Source: the human T2T-CHM13v2.0 reference genome, Homo sapiens
NCBI RefSeq assembly: GCF_009914755.1
Contig: NC_060931.1
Strand: one strand, 5' to 3'
Length of the DNA: 64,000 bases
Both the position numbers and the translations under genes were made by a program. Positions 39,341 to 53,849 of the stretch are shown piece by piece. Under the pieces are notes generated by a model. That model ran no database searches. It saw only the letters and a program-made list of their open reading frames with translations, and was not told the DNA's origin. How positions within the stretch are numbered: the stretch's first letter is position 1; each line of letters starts with the position of its first letter.

Positions 39341-39834
39341 ACCAGTCAAAAGAGACAAGGGCTCCATCTGTATTGGAAGTTCACAGAGAAGATGGCACCT
39401 GTCAATGCAAGAGCTTCCAAAGACATTTAGGTAATATCTCAAGTGAGTCTTTTCAGGTGAAATGAAGAAAAAGCAAATGTTTGGGAATGCAACAGAAGGA
39501 TCAAGTTGAACAAAGCACAGCAATGTATATTCTTCTTTCCCAGGGGAGGAAGGCACAAATATAACATATGAGAAAGGCATTGTGATGTTGGATTTAAGAT
39601 AGCATAGTAAAGTTTTAGCTCTTTCAGAAATTATCACCTCAAAAATAAGGAGAGTAAGAAACAGAAATGCAATCACACATCCTAGGAAAAATCTGTAATC
39701 TAAAATCAAAACTATATGAGAAAGGGCTGCCAAATGCTGTAAATATCAGAGAGGAATAAGGCAAGATGCCAAGAGGCTAGGCAGAGAATAGACATTGAAT
39801 TGCAAGAGGCCCTACAAAAGTAAGGAAGTAAAGG

Positions 39835-39887
39835 CACACACACACACACATGCACGCGCACACACACACACACACGCACATACACAC
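39835..39887. repeat. (CA)n microsatellite, interrupted
   Basis: Seen directly. Confidence 0.9.
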
Positions 39888-40036
39888 CGCTTCATAGGAC
39901 CCTAATAATAAACCAAGGACAATTCTAGATAGCTTAGAATACTACTGCTCTGATTGCCCTGTGGTACAAATCTGCAAATAGTTGGTCTGAAAAGAACACA
40001 TTTCACTCAAAGATTGTAAATAACAATAATAAAATA

Positions 40037-40198
40037 AAGTGAAGAAGAAAAGAGAGGAGGAGGAGAAGGGGCAGACGGAAGAGTAGAAGGAGGAGGACAA
40101 AGAGATGATGGAGAAGATGGAGGGGAAGAAGAAAAAGGTGAAGAAGAAGAAGAGGAAGGAAGAGATAAAAGAAAAAGAGCAAAGGGAGGAGAAGGAAG
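40037..40198. repeat. GA-rich (GAA/GGA) purine tract
   Basis: About 160 bp almost purely A/G on the + strand. Confidence 0.9.
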
Positions 40199-41321
40199 TA
40201 TTATACCATCAGCAGCAGAAGCAGGAATAAAGAACTTCAAACAAACAACAGATGGGGAATACTCATCAGATAAATGGTGCCACTACTAACAGAAAGAAGC
40301 TCCTGAAATTGTTAAGAACAAGGGCTCAGGGGAATGAGACCTAGCAGAGCACAGGAAAGACATTGAAAAGGGAAGAAAACTAGAACTATCACATTAATGC
40401 AGATTGTGCTGGAAGCAGCTCAAAGGAGAACTGAATTGATAAAAATAAAAAGGCCAGTGAAGGCACTATAAACAAAAAGAGAAACAATAAAACAATCTGA
40501 TAATTTCATAGAGAACAAAGGAAAAAACTCACCAACACGTGTAATAAATAAAAATGGGAAAAATACTATAGACACGGATTAAATTAAAAGAATTGTAAGA
40601 GTTGTTTGCAAAATATAAAATTGTACAACAATACAAAGAAAATGAACCTCACAGTTTTTCCAACATGACATATTTACCAACGAGGTGAACTTATACTTCT
40701 TTAAAGTCAATATTTCATCAAAAAGTACCCTGAGGCAGTGGCTCGGATTTTGTAAATTATGGTTATAAAACTGAAGATGTAACTTACTCTCTTAGTAACC
40801 ATGGAATGTGTGGTCCATCAGCACTGAGACTATGCCCTTATTTTAAAATGTAACCCAACTTTCCAAATGTAATTTTTAAAAACACTCTATAGTGCCATTG
40901 AGATTTCCCATTTGAATTGTCCAATTTAAAAATCTATAGTTAAGAACTGAGGCAGCATTTCTCTTACATGTGTTACTTACTATAGCTTATGGCATCTAGG
41001 TTAAAATATTAAGTCAATAAAAATAATTTACTGAATTTTAATTACTAAAAAATAGTTCCAGTCCAATGAGTTAACAGTCCCTTCCCAACAGGCAAGAAAT
41101 TCAATATGGTTATTTTCATATTGCCTCTAGCACATTTTTATTCGAGTATATGTATGTGCAAACAAGTTTTCCTTTACGAGGAAAAAATGTTCATATGTTT
41201 AAGTAATTCATTTTTACTTTCTCATAATTAGAAAAAGAATCACTTTAATACCTCAAACTATATGAGTTAGCTATTATCTATCCTTTCGCCATGGACCAAA
41301 TACTCCTAGCTGTAGAGGGTT

Positions 41322-43587
41322 TGTTATGGTTTGGCTGTGTTCTCCCACCCCAAATCTCATCTTAAATTGTAGCTCCTATAATTCCCATGTGTTGTGGAAG
41401 GGAGCCCTTGGGAGATAATTGAATAATGGGGGCAGTTTCCTCCATACTGTTTTCATGATAGTGAATAAGTCTCATGAGATCTGATGGTTTTACAAGGGGA
41501 AACCCCTTTCACTTGGTTCTCATGCTGTCTCTTTGCTGGCTGCCATGTAAGACATCCCTTTGTTTTTCCTTTGTCTTCCACCACAGTTGTGAGGCTTCCT
41601 CAGCCCTGTGGAACTGTGAGTCAATTAAACTTCTTTCCTTTATAAATTACCCAGTCTTGGGTATTCTTTATCAGCAGCGTGAAAATGAACTAATACAGTA
41701 AATTGGTACTGGTAGAGTGTGGCTCTGCTATAAAGATACCTGATATGTGGAAGCGACTTTAGAAGTGGGTAACAGGCAGAGGTTGGAACAGTTTGGAGAG
41801 CTCAGAAGAAGATAAGAAAATGTGGGAAATTTTGGAACTTCCTAGAGACTTGTTGAATGTCTTTGAACAAAATGTTGATAATATGGACAATGACATCCAG
41901 GCTGAGGTGGTCTCAGTGGAGACGAGGAACTAGTTGGGAACTGGAGTAAAAATGATTCTTGCTGTGTTTTAGCAAAGAGACTGGCAGCATTTTACCCCTG
42001 CCCTAGAGATCTGTGGAACTTTGAACTTGAGGGAAATGACTTAGGGTATCTGGCGGAAACAATTTCTAAACAGGAAAACATTCAAGAGGTAACTTGGGTG
42101 CTGTTAAAAGCATTCGGTTTTAAAAGGGAAACGACACATAAAAGTTCAGAAAATTTGCAGCCTGATGATGCAATAGAAAAGAAAAACCCATTTTCTGAGG
42201 AGAAATTCCAGCCTGCTGCACAAATTTGCAGAAGTAACAAGGAGCCAAGACAATGGGGAAAATGTCACACATCACAGACCAAGAGGCCTAGGAGGAAAAG
42301 ATGGTTTTGTGGGCTGGGCCCAGGGTCCCCCTGCTGTGTGCAGCCTAGGGACTTGGTGCCCTGCATCCCAGATGCTCTAGTCATGGCTAAAAGGGGCTAG
42401 GTACAGCTCAGGCCATGGCTTCAGAAGGTGCAAGCCTCAAGCCTTGGAGATTTCTGCATGGTGTTGAGCCTGCAGGTGCACAGAAGTCAAGAATTGAGGT
42501 TTGGGAACCTCCGCCTAGATTTCAGAGGATGTATGAAACCACCTGGATGTCCAGGCAGAAATTTGCTGCAGGGGCAGGGCCTTCATGGATAACCTCTGCT
42601 ATGGTAGTGTGGAAGCAAAATGTGGAGTTGAAACCCCCACACAGAGTCCCTACTAGGGCACTGCCTAGTGGAGCTGTGAGAAGAGGGCCACTGTTCTCCA
42701 GATCCCAGAATGGTAGGTCCACTGACAACTTGCACCATGTGCCTGGAAAAGCAGCAGATGCTCACTGTCAGCCCAGGAAAGCAGTCAGGAGGGAGGCTGC
42801 ACCTGGAAAAGCCACAGGGACAGAGCTGCCCAAGACCATGAGAACCCATCTCTTGCATCAGCATGACCTGGATGTGAGACATAGAGTCAAAAGGAGATCA
42901 TTTTGGAGCTTTAAGATTTGACTGCCATGCTGGATTTTGGACTTGCATAGGCCCTGTAACCCCTTTGTTTGCCCAATTTCTCCCATTTGAAATGGCTGTA
43001 TTTACCCAATGCCTGTACTCCCATTGTATCTAGGATGTAACTAACTTGCTTTTGATTTTACAGACTCATAGGTGGAAGGAACTTGCCTTGTCTCAGATGA
43101 GACTTCGAACTGTGGACTTTTGAGTTAATGCAGAAATGAGTTAAGACTTTGGGGGACTGTTGGGAAGGTATGATTGGTTTTGAAATGTTAGAATACGAGA
43201 TTTGGGAGGGGTCAGGGTGGAATGACATGGTTTGGCTGTGTCCCTACCCAAATCTCATCTTAAATTGTAGCTCCCATAATTCCCACATGTTGTGGGATGA
43301 ACCTGGTGAGAGATAACTGAATCCTGGGTGCGGTTTCCCCCATACTGTTCTCGTGGTAGCAAATAAGTCTCATGAGATCTGATGGTTTTATAATGGAAAA
43401 ATCCCTTTCACTTGGTCCTCATTCTCTCTCTTTGCTGGCCACCGTGCAAGACATCTCTTTACTCTTCTGCCATGACTGTGAGGCCTCCCCAGCTATGTGG
43501 AGCTGTGAGTCAATTAAACCTCTTCCCTTTATAAATTACCCAGTCTTGAGTATGTCTTTATTTGCAGCATGAGAACAGACTAGTACA
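41322..43587 (+). mobile_element. Full-length THE1 MaLR retrotransposon (5'LTR 41322-41697, internal 41698-43222, 3'LTR 43223-43587)
   Basis: Two TG...CA LTRs, THE1-int sequence (gtaaattggtac...), polypurine tract before the 3'LTR, TSD gggtt/gggtg. Confidence 0.96.
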
Positions 43588-43881
43588 GGGTGATATTGCA
43601 AAAGTATTATCAAAGAAAGCATATGACAGGGGGAGTGGAGATTTGGAGAACATCCTCCTACTACTATTAGAAAAACAGCCTTTGGAAAAATAGCTCAAAA
43701 GAAGCTCTTGGTGAAGGATGATTTTGCGGAGTCACCTGTATAGTTCTAGTTCCCCCCACACCATGGAGTCCCCTTTGAGAATTACTCTGAGAGGGTGAGC
43801 AATGACTCTGCAAAGAGAATTAACCATAAACTAAATAGGGTACCTGTTGACATACACATATAATAGCTGGGGGGTGCTGCG

Positions 43882-43914
<33 letters not shown>

Positions 43915-43921
43915 CATGTGC
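43882..43921. repeat. (TG)n microsatellite
   Basis: Seen directly. Confidence 0.92.
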
Positions 43922-44677
43922 ACCATAGACAGAGTGAAGGAAATGCCTTGCATTTCCTAACAAAAGGGTCTTAAGAAAACATCTCGTCCAACCTTATCCT
44001 AAATCCTTCCCTCCCCCCGCTCCCCCAACATAAATCACAGATAAGACCATAGGGAATTAGAGAAGCAATTTGATTAGACTCAGGCCATAAATCAGTGGAA
44101 ATAAACTCCAATAAAGGGTCTTCTGGCATTTGTTTAATGTGCTGTTAACTCTAGCCCTACTTCATTACTAGATAGTTTCAGAAGGAAAACACACACACAC
44201 AGGCACACACACACACAGGTGCCTTCTACAATTTCTGCATTCAGACTTGAAATCTAAGAGTAAGAATTATCACAATCTAAATTTATTCAGAAAACTAAAT
44301 AAATAGCAAAAGAGCCCATCTCTTGTCAGTTTGCGGGACGAAGTTGTGACTTGTGTTATTAAGCAGTGTTTTATGGAATCAGAAGTCTCTGAATCCATGC
44401 TGTTGAATCTCTTTTCTTGAATTAGCAAGAATTAACTGAATTAGCTGTATTAACTTGAATTTATTATAATTTAGGTCACCAAATCTATGTATCATGTCTT
44501 CAATCTCAGGCCCGCATGTCTGGATGCAGATGTTTGAATGGCAGCACCTCTAGAGATAAGGTTAGCACATGTGCCTGAGTTGGAAAGACTTCGGTCTTGG
44601 TGCTATGCATTTATTTCCCTATTTCTCTAGTTCCATGCAATTTTAAAATTTGTTTTTAAACAATTTATAATAATTAA

Positions 44678-44986
<309 letters not shown>

Positions 44987-45532
44987 GATCCTGCCTATTC
45001 TTATAGACAACACAACTCTGGAACTTAGGATGGAGTGAAGTTTAAATACAACTGGAATGGCAGTTTCTAGTGATTTCCTGACCCCAAATTGCCACATCTG
45101 GTTTGGAATTTTGCGTCTTGGACTTGTCCATTAGAAAGAAACAACCCAACCAATTATAATAGAGACATGAGTTCAAGATTAACATCTTAATCCTATAGGG
45201 TGATGCCAAAGTAACTGTCATTTTGTCGAGCCACTAGAAAAAAAAAGTAAAAGAACCCCTCAAATGACATTTTGACAAAAGACTGCTACAAGGAAATACT
45301 TTTTTCCCCCAAACAGAAATGCATAGGATAAAAATACCATAATGTCCTAAAAAGCAGTATTTAGGTAAGATTCAAATATCACATGACCAAGAGGCAAAAT
45401 AATCTGTGGAGCCCCCCTCCCCTCTCCAAAATTACTGTAATCTCAATAGTCCTTATCCTAGCATTGCTGAGATATAAAATTCATAAAATATCCAATGATG
45501 ACAGCCCTGATGGAGAGAGAGCAACAAGGTAC

Positions 45533-45653
45533 CTGTCTGAAGAACTCCTCCAGGAGTGACATTGTCCAGCGATGATGGAGGTCCCATGCTTTTGCTGGAT
45601 GGCTAATATCTGCTGTATGCAGCATAAGGGATAAGGCTTTTGGCTTTTCAATG
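45533..45653 (-). CDS. PDE1C: PDE1C coding exon (121 nt): IEKPKALSLMLHTADISHPAKAWDLHHRWTMSLLEEFFRQ
   Basis: tttacag|CATTGAA ... AGACAG|gtacc; ADISHP and EEFF.Q motifs; lies inside ORF 45458..45691. Confidence 0.97.
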
Positions 45654-46222
45654 CTGTAAACCAAAAGCACCCAAACACATGATAACCACACTCTTCAGAA
45701 CCTCAGTAAGAGTTTTTTAAAAATCATTAAGTTTTTAATCTCTTTTGTTCTTCCATCTCAAACCCCACTTCAGCTAAATTGAGGAAAAGACATCATTTCA
45801 TCCTACAACTGGGATACTCATTAACTTGGTCTCCATATTTACGGAATTGGACTCTCTGGACTCAAATCCATTTCTGGAATGACTGCATCCTTCAAAAAGA
45901 GAGCAAGAATCCAAGAGTCACTGACTTTTATTGGTTGCTTCTGCATTGGGGATCTCTGATAATTTAGTTTCCCACAGGGAATTATTTTTAATTCTCACTA
46001 GGGACAACTGATGCTGCCTCTATTATTTCTTTCAACCCTGATGAGAACATACCTTATTGTGGTAGGTACAACTTTTATGCTTTCTCCTTCAAACATAATC
46101 ATTGCATAAGAACACTCTATAAAGTTGTGTTAAAGGAGATGCTCTTTAAAGGGATAGCCACATAGACGAGGACCCATTCAAACACCTATACAAACAAAAA
46201 CACAAGCCACAAGCACACTTAC

Positions 46223-46324
46223 GCTTCTGGCTGCTGCAGAGCAGTCTTCATTGCTTTGATTTGTTGGAAGTGACAAGACATATCTGTGGCCATCACCATT
46301 TCAATTACCAAGGTTCGAAACTCC
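46223..46324 (-). CDS. PDE1C: PDE1C coding exon (102 nt): EFRTLVIEMVMATDMSCHFQQIKAMKTALQQPE
   Basis: taaaag|GGAGTTT ... GAAGC|gtaag; ATDM motif. Confidence 0.97.
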
Positions 46325-46707
46325 CTTTTAGAGACAACCATGGAGAAAAAAGGATGGAAGTCAAAAATGGAAAGTAAAAATCAGTGTTTTTTTTTTGCCA
46401 CTGCTAATGAAAATCAGTCAACGATTTCTGACATTTCTAATCTAATTTGGGTCTTTAAGGTGAGCTTTTCAAATAAGGAATAAATGAAAGCTAAGTATTA
46501 AGAAAATCATTTATTAGGAATATGATACATGGAATACACATATCATTTGGAAAATTAACTCACAGGAAAAAATTCAATGAAACTGAAAATTGTATTAAAA
46601 TGCTCTTTTCTCCAAATGAATTCAGAGTTTTAAGAAAGAATTAACTTGAAAATAATCCTTGGAGGTAAATTAATCATCCGTATTTCACATTGGATACAGG
46701 TATTCCA

Positions 46708-47090
46708 TCTTTTTAAAAATAGCTTGATTTTTAATAGAGTTTTAGGTTGACAGAAAAATTGAGCTTATAGTATAGCTAGTTCTCATGTTACCTCACTTCC
46801 AGCACAGTTTTCTTATTTTTAAAGTCTTGTGTTAATGTGGTGCATTTGTTACAACTAGTGAATCAATATTGATACATTATGTTAACTACAGTCCATAGTT
46901 TACATTAAGGTTCACTGGGCATGCTGTACAGTTCTACCAGTTTTGACAAATGCATAATGCCATGTATCCACCATCACAATATCCATACAGAATAGATTCA
47001 GCACCCTAAAATCCCCTGTGCTCCTTCGATTCACCCCTCTCTTTTTTCCCTCAACCCCTGCCAATCACTGATCTTTTTACTGCCTCTAAC
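46708..47090 (-). mobile_element. Old L1 3'UTR fragment (L1MC/L1MD-like)
   Basis: ttttaggttgacagaaaaattgagc...catttgttacaactagtgaatcaatattgatacattat...gtccatagtttacattaagg. Confidence 0.75.
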
Positions 47091-47299
47091 GACTTTATTG
47101 AGGTATAATTTACATAGAATAAACTGCTTACAATTTACATAAATTGCAGAATGTAATGAGTTTAACAGTTGAGTAAGTTTTTGAAAATACCACTGTAATC
47201 ATGATACCAAATACTTCCATCATCCTCAAACCTAGCCCCAGGCAAAGTTTGATCTGGCTTATGTCTATCTAAAATAGTTTGAATTTTCTAGTTTTATAC

Positions 47300-47795
47300 A
47301 TGTGTACATAAAGTATACACATATATATTTAGTATATATTTCAAATATTTAATATATATTATAGATTTCAATATTTATATATTATATACACATATATTTC
47401 ATACATATATACATATTTATTATATACATACATGTAGACATACATAGATACACATATATGTATTATATATTAAATATGTGTGTATATATGTATATATAGA
47501 TTATGTATATATGTATGTATACACACATACATATACGTATGTATACATACATACATACGTATATGTGTGTATACATACGTATATGTATGTATGTGTGTAT
47601 ATATACATACATATATACACACATTATTTTAAAATAGTCACACATTGAAAATATACACACATATTATTTTAAAATATAATAGATAATACATATTATACAC
47701 ACATACATACGCATTATATATTAACACAGATACTAGATATATACACACGTGTTTCCATGTATATACATAGACACACACACACACACATATATAAT
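47300..47795. repeat. Long TA/TACA/TATG low-complexity array
   Basis: Seen directly. Confidence 0.92.
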
Positions 47796-48108
47796 ACAAA
47801 ATGTACTCTTTCTTTACTCAGCATAATGATTTACAATTCATCTATATAGTGGTTCATCAATAGTTCATTTTCTCTTATTGCTGAGTGGTATTCTATCATA
47901 TGAGCATACCACAGTTTGTTATCCATTTACTAGCTAACGGACATTCAAGTTATTAGATTCTAGTTTGGAACTATTGTGAATAAAGCTACTATGGGTATTC
48001 ATACATAAATCTTTGTGTAGACACATATGTTTTCATTTATCTGGGGTGAATACCTAGAAGCAGAATGGCTGGTTTATAAGACAGCTGAGTGTTTATAAGA
48101 AACTGCCA

Positions 48109-48443
<335 letters not shown>

Positions 48444-49542
48444 TTACATTTGACCACTAGCATATAACATTTTCAGTTTTTCTTTGCCTCCTCTAATGAG
48501 TCTTTAATTTCAGCCATTCTTCTGATGGATATGTAGTGTTATCTCATCGTGGTTTTAATTTACATTTCTTTGTTGACTATGTCAGGCACATTTTCATGTA
48601 CTTATATTCCATTTGTATACATTTTTTAGGGAAATGTCTGTTTCAAACCTTTCTCATTTTAAAATTGAATTGTTTACTTATTATTGAGTTATAAAAGTAC
48701 CTTACACATTTTGGATTCAAAACCTATGTAAAACATAAGTGTTGTGAATAATTTCTCCAATGTCTTGGCCTGCTTTTTTTTAACGGTGTCTTCCAAAGAG
48801 CAAAAGGTTTAATTTTTATAAAGTTCAATTTATCATTAAAAAAATGCTTCATGCTTTTTCTCTCCTATCTGAGAAACCGCCACCTACTTCCAAGGACTTC
48901 AGTATTTTCCTCTGGAAGTCTTGCCATTTTAGCTTTTACGTTTAGGTTTATAACCAATTTTGAGCTATTTTTTGAGTATGGTATGTGATAAGGGTCAAAG
49001 TTATCTTTTCCCATTGTTCCAAAACCATTTGTTGAAAATATTTTCTTTTCCCCATTGAATTAATTTGGCATCATAAATCAATTGATGAGTCAATTTCAAA
49101 ACTCTCAATTCTGTCCCATAGTTACGTATGTCCATCTTTCACCAGTGAAATGCTGCCTTGAATACTGTAACTTAAGCATGCTTGGAATCAAGAAATATGA
49201 GTCCTCTAACCTTGTTCTTCATTTAAAAAGTATTATTTGGCATTTCTATATAAAGTTTATAATAATCATGGCAATTTCCAACATAATTCTGCTGGAATTT
49301 TGATTGGAATTGTATTGAAACAATAAATAAATTTTGGAAGATTTGACATCTTTATAATACCGAGTGTTCCACTACATGATGACAGTATATCTCTCTATGT
49401 ATTTAGTTCCTCTATAATCAGCAATACTACATAATCTTTAGTGAACATGAGCTGCATTTGTTTTTGAAAGCTACTACTAAGTATTTTATATGTTATGTGC
49501 TATTGTAAAAAATTATTTTATTTTCCAATGGTTTGCTGCTAG

Positions 49543-49554
49543 TGTCTCTCTCCC

Positions 49555-49609
<55 letters not shown>

Positions 49610-49642
49610 GTATATGTGCATATATGCATATGTGTATATATA
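49543..49642. repeat. (TC)n(TA)n compound microsatellite
   Basis: Seen directly. Confidence 0.92.
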
Positions 49643-50079
49643 ATGTTTTTTACATTAACCTTGTATTCTGTGACCTTGCAAAATTCATTATCGGTTCCAG
49701 TAGCTCCTTTACAGATCCTTAGGATTTTCTACTTAGGCAATCATGTCATTTGCTATTAACATCTTAACAATGTTGATGAATGTAAGATCAAGCATCTTTG
49801 TCTTACTCCCAGTCTTAAGGAAAAAACATTCAATATTTCACCATTAAGCTTGATGTTAGTTATAGGTTTTTCACACATGCACTTTATCCAGTTGAGGAAG
49901 CTCCCTTCTGTTTCTGGCTTGCTGAGAGTTTTTATGATGAATGTGTTGAATTTTGTCAAATGCTTGTTATATATCTATTAAGATGACTGTATGATTTTCT
50001 GTTTGTTTTTAAATATGGGGAATTCTTTTAATTAATTTTTGAATGCTGAATTAATCTTGCATTCCTTGGATAAGCCCAA

Positions 50080-50524
50080 TATATGAGTCAGGATTCTCCA
50101 GAGAAACCAATAGGATAGAAAGAGATTTATTATGAGGAAGTGGCTCACATAATTATGAAGGCTGACAAGTCCCAAGATCTGCAGGGTAAATCAGCAAGTG
50201 GAGATCCAGGACACCCAATATTGTACTTCCAACTTGAAGGCTGACAGCTCAAGACCCAGGAGGAGCCATTGTTTTAGTTCAAAGACAGGCAAAAAGAATT
50301 CTCTCTTACTTGGGAGGTGGTCAGCCTTTTTGTTCTAGTTAGGCCTTCAACTGGTTGAATGAGGTCAACTCATGTTAGGAAGGGCAATCTGCTTTACTCA
50401 GTCTACCCTCTTATATGTTAATCTCATCCAAAAACACCCTCACAGAAACAACAGAATAATGCTTGACCAAATATCAGCACACACTGAGGCCCAGGCGAGT
50501 TGATACATAAAATTAACTATCACA
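50080..50524 (-). mobile_element. MLT2 (ERVL) solo LTR
   Basis: gagtcaggattctccagagaaaccaatagg...gttgatacataaaattaactatcaca. Confidence 0.88.
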
Positions 50525-52627
50525 CATGATATATTACCTTTTTAGTATATTGTTACATTTAATTAGTTAATATTTTACTGAGAATTGTTATAGCTATGTT
50601 CATAAAATACATTAGTCTTTAACATTCCTTTTTATGAATTTTTTTCCAGAGTGTGGTATCAAAATTATGTCTTATAAAACAAATTGCACAGTATTTCTTC
50701 CTTCTCTAAATACATTTGCATAAGATTGGTATTATCTGTTCTTTACATATTGATAGAATTCACCAGTTAAACTATCCAAGGCTGGATATTTCTTTGTGGG
50801 AATATTTTTGATGACAAAGTCAATTTTTTAACAGACATAGGATTGTTCAGACTTTCTGTTTCATCTTGTGTGAATTTTGGTAAGTTGTATTTTGCAAGGA
50901 ATTTATCCACTTCATCAAAGTTGTCAAATTTATTGAGATAAAGTTGTTTGTAACATTTTCTTATGTATTTCATATGTATAGGATATACTGTTGGTACTTT
51001 GTGTTCTCTCCTTTTTATTGACCAGTCTAGGTAGAAGGTTGTCAATCATGTTGCTCTTTTCAAATAACAGCTTGAGCTTTCTTAATTTTTTCTTTTTATT
51101 TTTTCTATTTTATTGATTTCTCCTCTTATCATTACTAATTTCTTCTATCTACTTTGAATTTACATTACTGTTTTGGTCTAGCTTCCTGAAGTCATTGTGT
51201 TTGGAACTTTTTTCTTTCCTACTATGAACATTTATAGCTGTAAATTTCCTCTAGGCACTGTTTTAATAGTATTGCACACATTTTTAATATATTGCATTTT
51301 CATTCTTGATAAATTTGAAATGTTTCCTACTTTCCTCTGATTACTTTTTGATCCACAAATGATTTAGAAGAATGTTGTTTAATTTTCAAATATACAGGAT
51401 TTTCCTAGATATCTTATTGATCTCTAATTTAAATCCATTAAGGTCAAAGAACATACTCTTTAAGCTTATGATATTTTAAAATTATTAAAACTTATTTTAA
51501 AATGTCTCAGCATGTGTACTTGAAAAGAATATGTATATTGCAGTTGTTGCATGGTGTTCTATAAATATTAATTAAGGCAAAGTGGCTGATGTTGTTCAAA
51601 TCCTCTTAGGTCCTTAGTGATATTTTTGTCCAGTTTGTCTATCAACTGCTGACGCAAGAATCTTAAAACCTCCTATGACTGTGAAAATATATATTTCTCC
51701 TTTTTCTCCTATCAATTTTTACATTTTATGTTTTGGAAGTCTACAGTTACCTAATAGTTATTTATGACTGATGTATCTTTCTGATGACACTCTTATTATC
51801 AGAAAATCTCCTTTCTCTTTCACAATATCCTTTTTCTTGCAGTTCATTTTAGCTAATATTAATAACACCACTGCATTCTACTTATTCTTAATGTTTGGTA
51901 CATCTTACATACTTTTACTTTGAACCTTTTTGTGTATTTATATTTAAAGTGTATCTCTTGTACAATTGCAGTTGGAGCTTGCCTTTTTATCAATTCTAAT
52001 AACCTTTTCCTTTTAAGTAGAATGTTTAGTCCTTTAACATTTAATGTAATTATTAATATAGTTGCATTTGGGTCTAGCATGTTATTATTTGTTTTCTAAT
52101 TATCACCTTTGCTTTTTTCCCTTTGCATTAACTTTTCTGCTTGAGATATTTTTTGTATTATTTATTTTTTAAATCAATTTTAATTTATCTACTGCTAAAT
52201 GGTCAATTTAAATTTATCTTTTGATAAATAGGTAAACTTTAACAATCTTTAGCTATTATGGTTAATCTTTTTAGTGGTTGCTTGGGGATTACAACATACA
52301 TCTTTAATTTTCTGTCTACTGTATAACTTTATGTAACATTTAAAAATCCTGCAACAGTATAGGTCCATTTACTAACATTAACTGGTCTTTATGTTATCAT
52401 TGTCACATGTATTACACCTCTCTACATACAAACCTCATGAGATGGTGTTGTAATTTTTGCTTTAAATGGTCAAATGCACAATTTAAATAAGTGAAGAAAA
52501 ATGGTATTTTACATTTACCCAGATATTTATCAGTTTATTCTTTTCTAAAAGTCTGATTTCACTATCATATCATTTTCCTTCCAATAAATATTTAGATTTA
52601 TTAATCTAAAAATTAATAAAATATAAA

Positions 52628-53523
52628 ATAACAAAATAATATTTTTGAAACTACCTTAAAGAAAGCTCTAAAGAAATTTCTTTAGCATCCCTTGTAACGC
52701 AGCTCCATTAGTGACACATTCCTGTTGTTTTCTATTATCTGAAAATAATTTTATTTCATCTTCATTCTTGAAGTTCATGTTCACAGGATGTAGCATCCTG
52801 TGTTGGCTTTTTGTTTTATTTTTAGCACTTTAAATAAATTATTCTATTGTTTTCTGGCCTCTATAGTTTCTGATGAATAGTCTACTGTGATTCAACTTGT
52901 TCTCCTAAGTGTAATTTGTCATTTTTCTTTATTTTATCTTTGCCTCTCAGCAGTTTGACTATAATATGTGCCTCAGTGTTCTTTTCATCGAATTTAACCT
53001 GTTTTAGGTTTGCTGAGTTTCTTGAATCTGTATATTTATATGTTTGGCAATATTTGGAAACTGTTCAGTCATTATTTCTTCAAATTCTTTTTCTTTCCCA
53101 TTCTCTCTCTTTTCTCTCCTTCTGAGACTCAAATTGCCCTTATGTTGGCTCATATAAAATTATCCCACATGTCCCTAACTTCTACTCATTTAAAACAGCT
53201 TTTTCCTCTTACTTTTTCAAATCAAATAATTTCCAACTTTGAAACCTGAAAAATGAATTTTTAAAAGTCACTGTTTCCTTCTTCTGTCTTCTCTATCATG
53301 CACTAAGCCTATGTAGCAAATTCTAAATGTAGACATTTTATTTTTCAGTTCTAAACTTTGTTTTTAATTTATGTTTTCATTTTACTCATAAACCTTATAA
53401 CAAAATAATATTTTTGAAACTACCTTAAAGAAAGTTCTAAAGAAATTTCTTTAGCATCCCTTATAACACAGCTCCATTAGTGACACACTCCTGTTGTTTT
53501 CTATTACCTGAAAATAATTTTAT
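52628..53523. repeat. 127-bp dispersed direct repeat (52628-52754 and 53397-53523)
   Basis: ataacaaaataatatttttgaaactacc...gaaaataattttat; I counted 5 mismatches. Confidence 0.95.
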
Positions 53524-53849
53524 ACACAAGCACATTTTTCATTACCTCACTGAGCATAGAAATAATAGTTGTTTTAAAAGTCCAAAGTCCTCATCTGATA
53601 ATTCTAACAATGGCTTATCCTAGAGTGTGTATCTATTGATTGTCTTTTCCCTTACTAAGAAATCACATTTTCCTGATCTTTATATGTCACTTAGATTGTA
53701 TCCTGAACATTATGGATATAAGTTGTAGGGAATCTGGGTTCTGTTATATTGCTCTGAAGATTGTTGATGTTTTGTTTTAGCAGGCAATTAACTTGTTTAT
53801 ACTCAAAATACAAACTCTGTATAGGTTCAGTAAGCAATACATCAGATAT

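Noticed and set aside
39281-39733. 150-aa hydrophobic ORF
   Set aside because: Reverse complement of A-rich, probably repeat-derived DNA; hydrophobicity is compositional
42098-42921. 100- and 168-aa ORFs
   Set aside because: Remnants of the THE1 internal region, not a host gene
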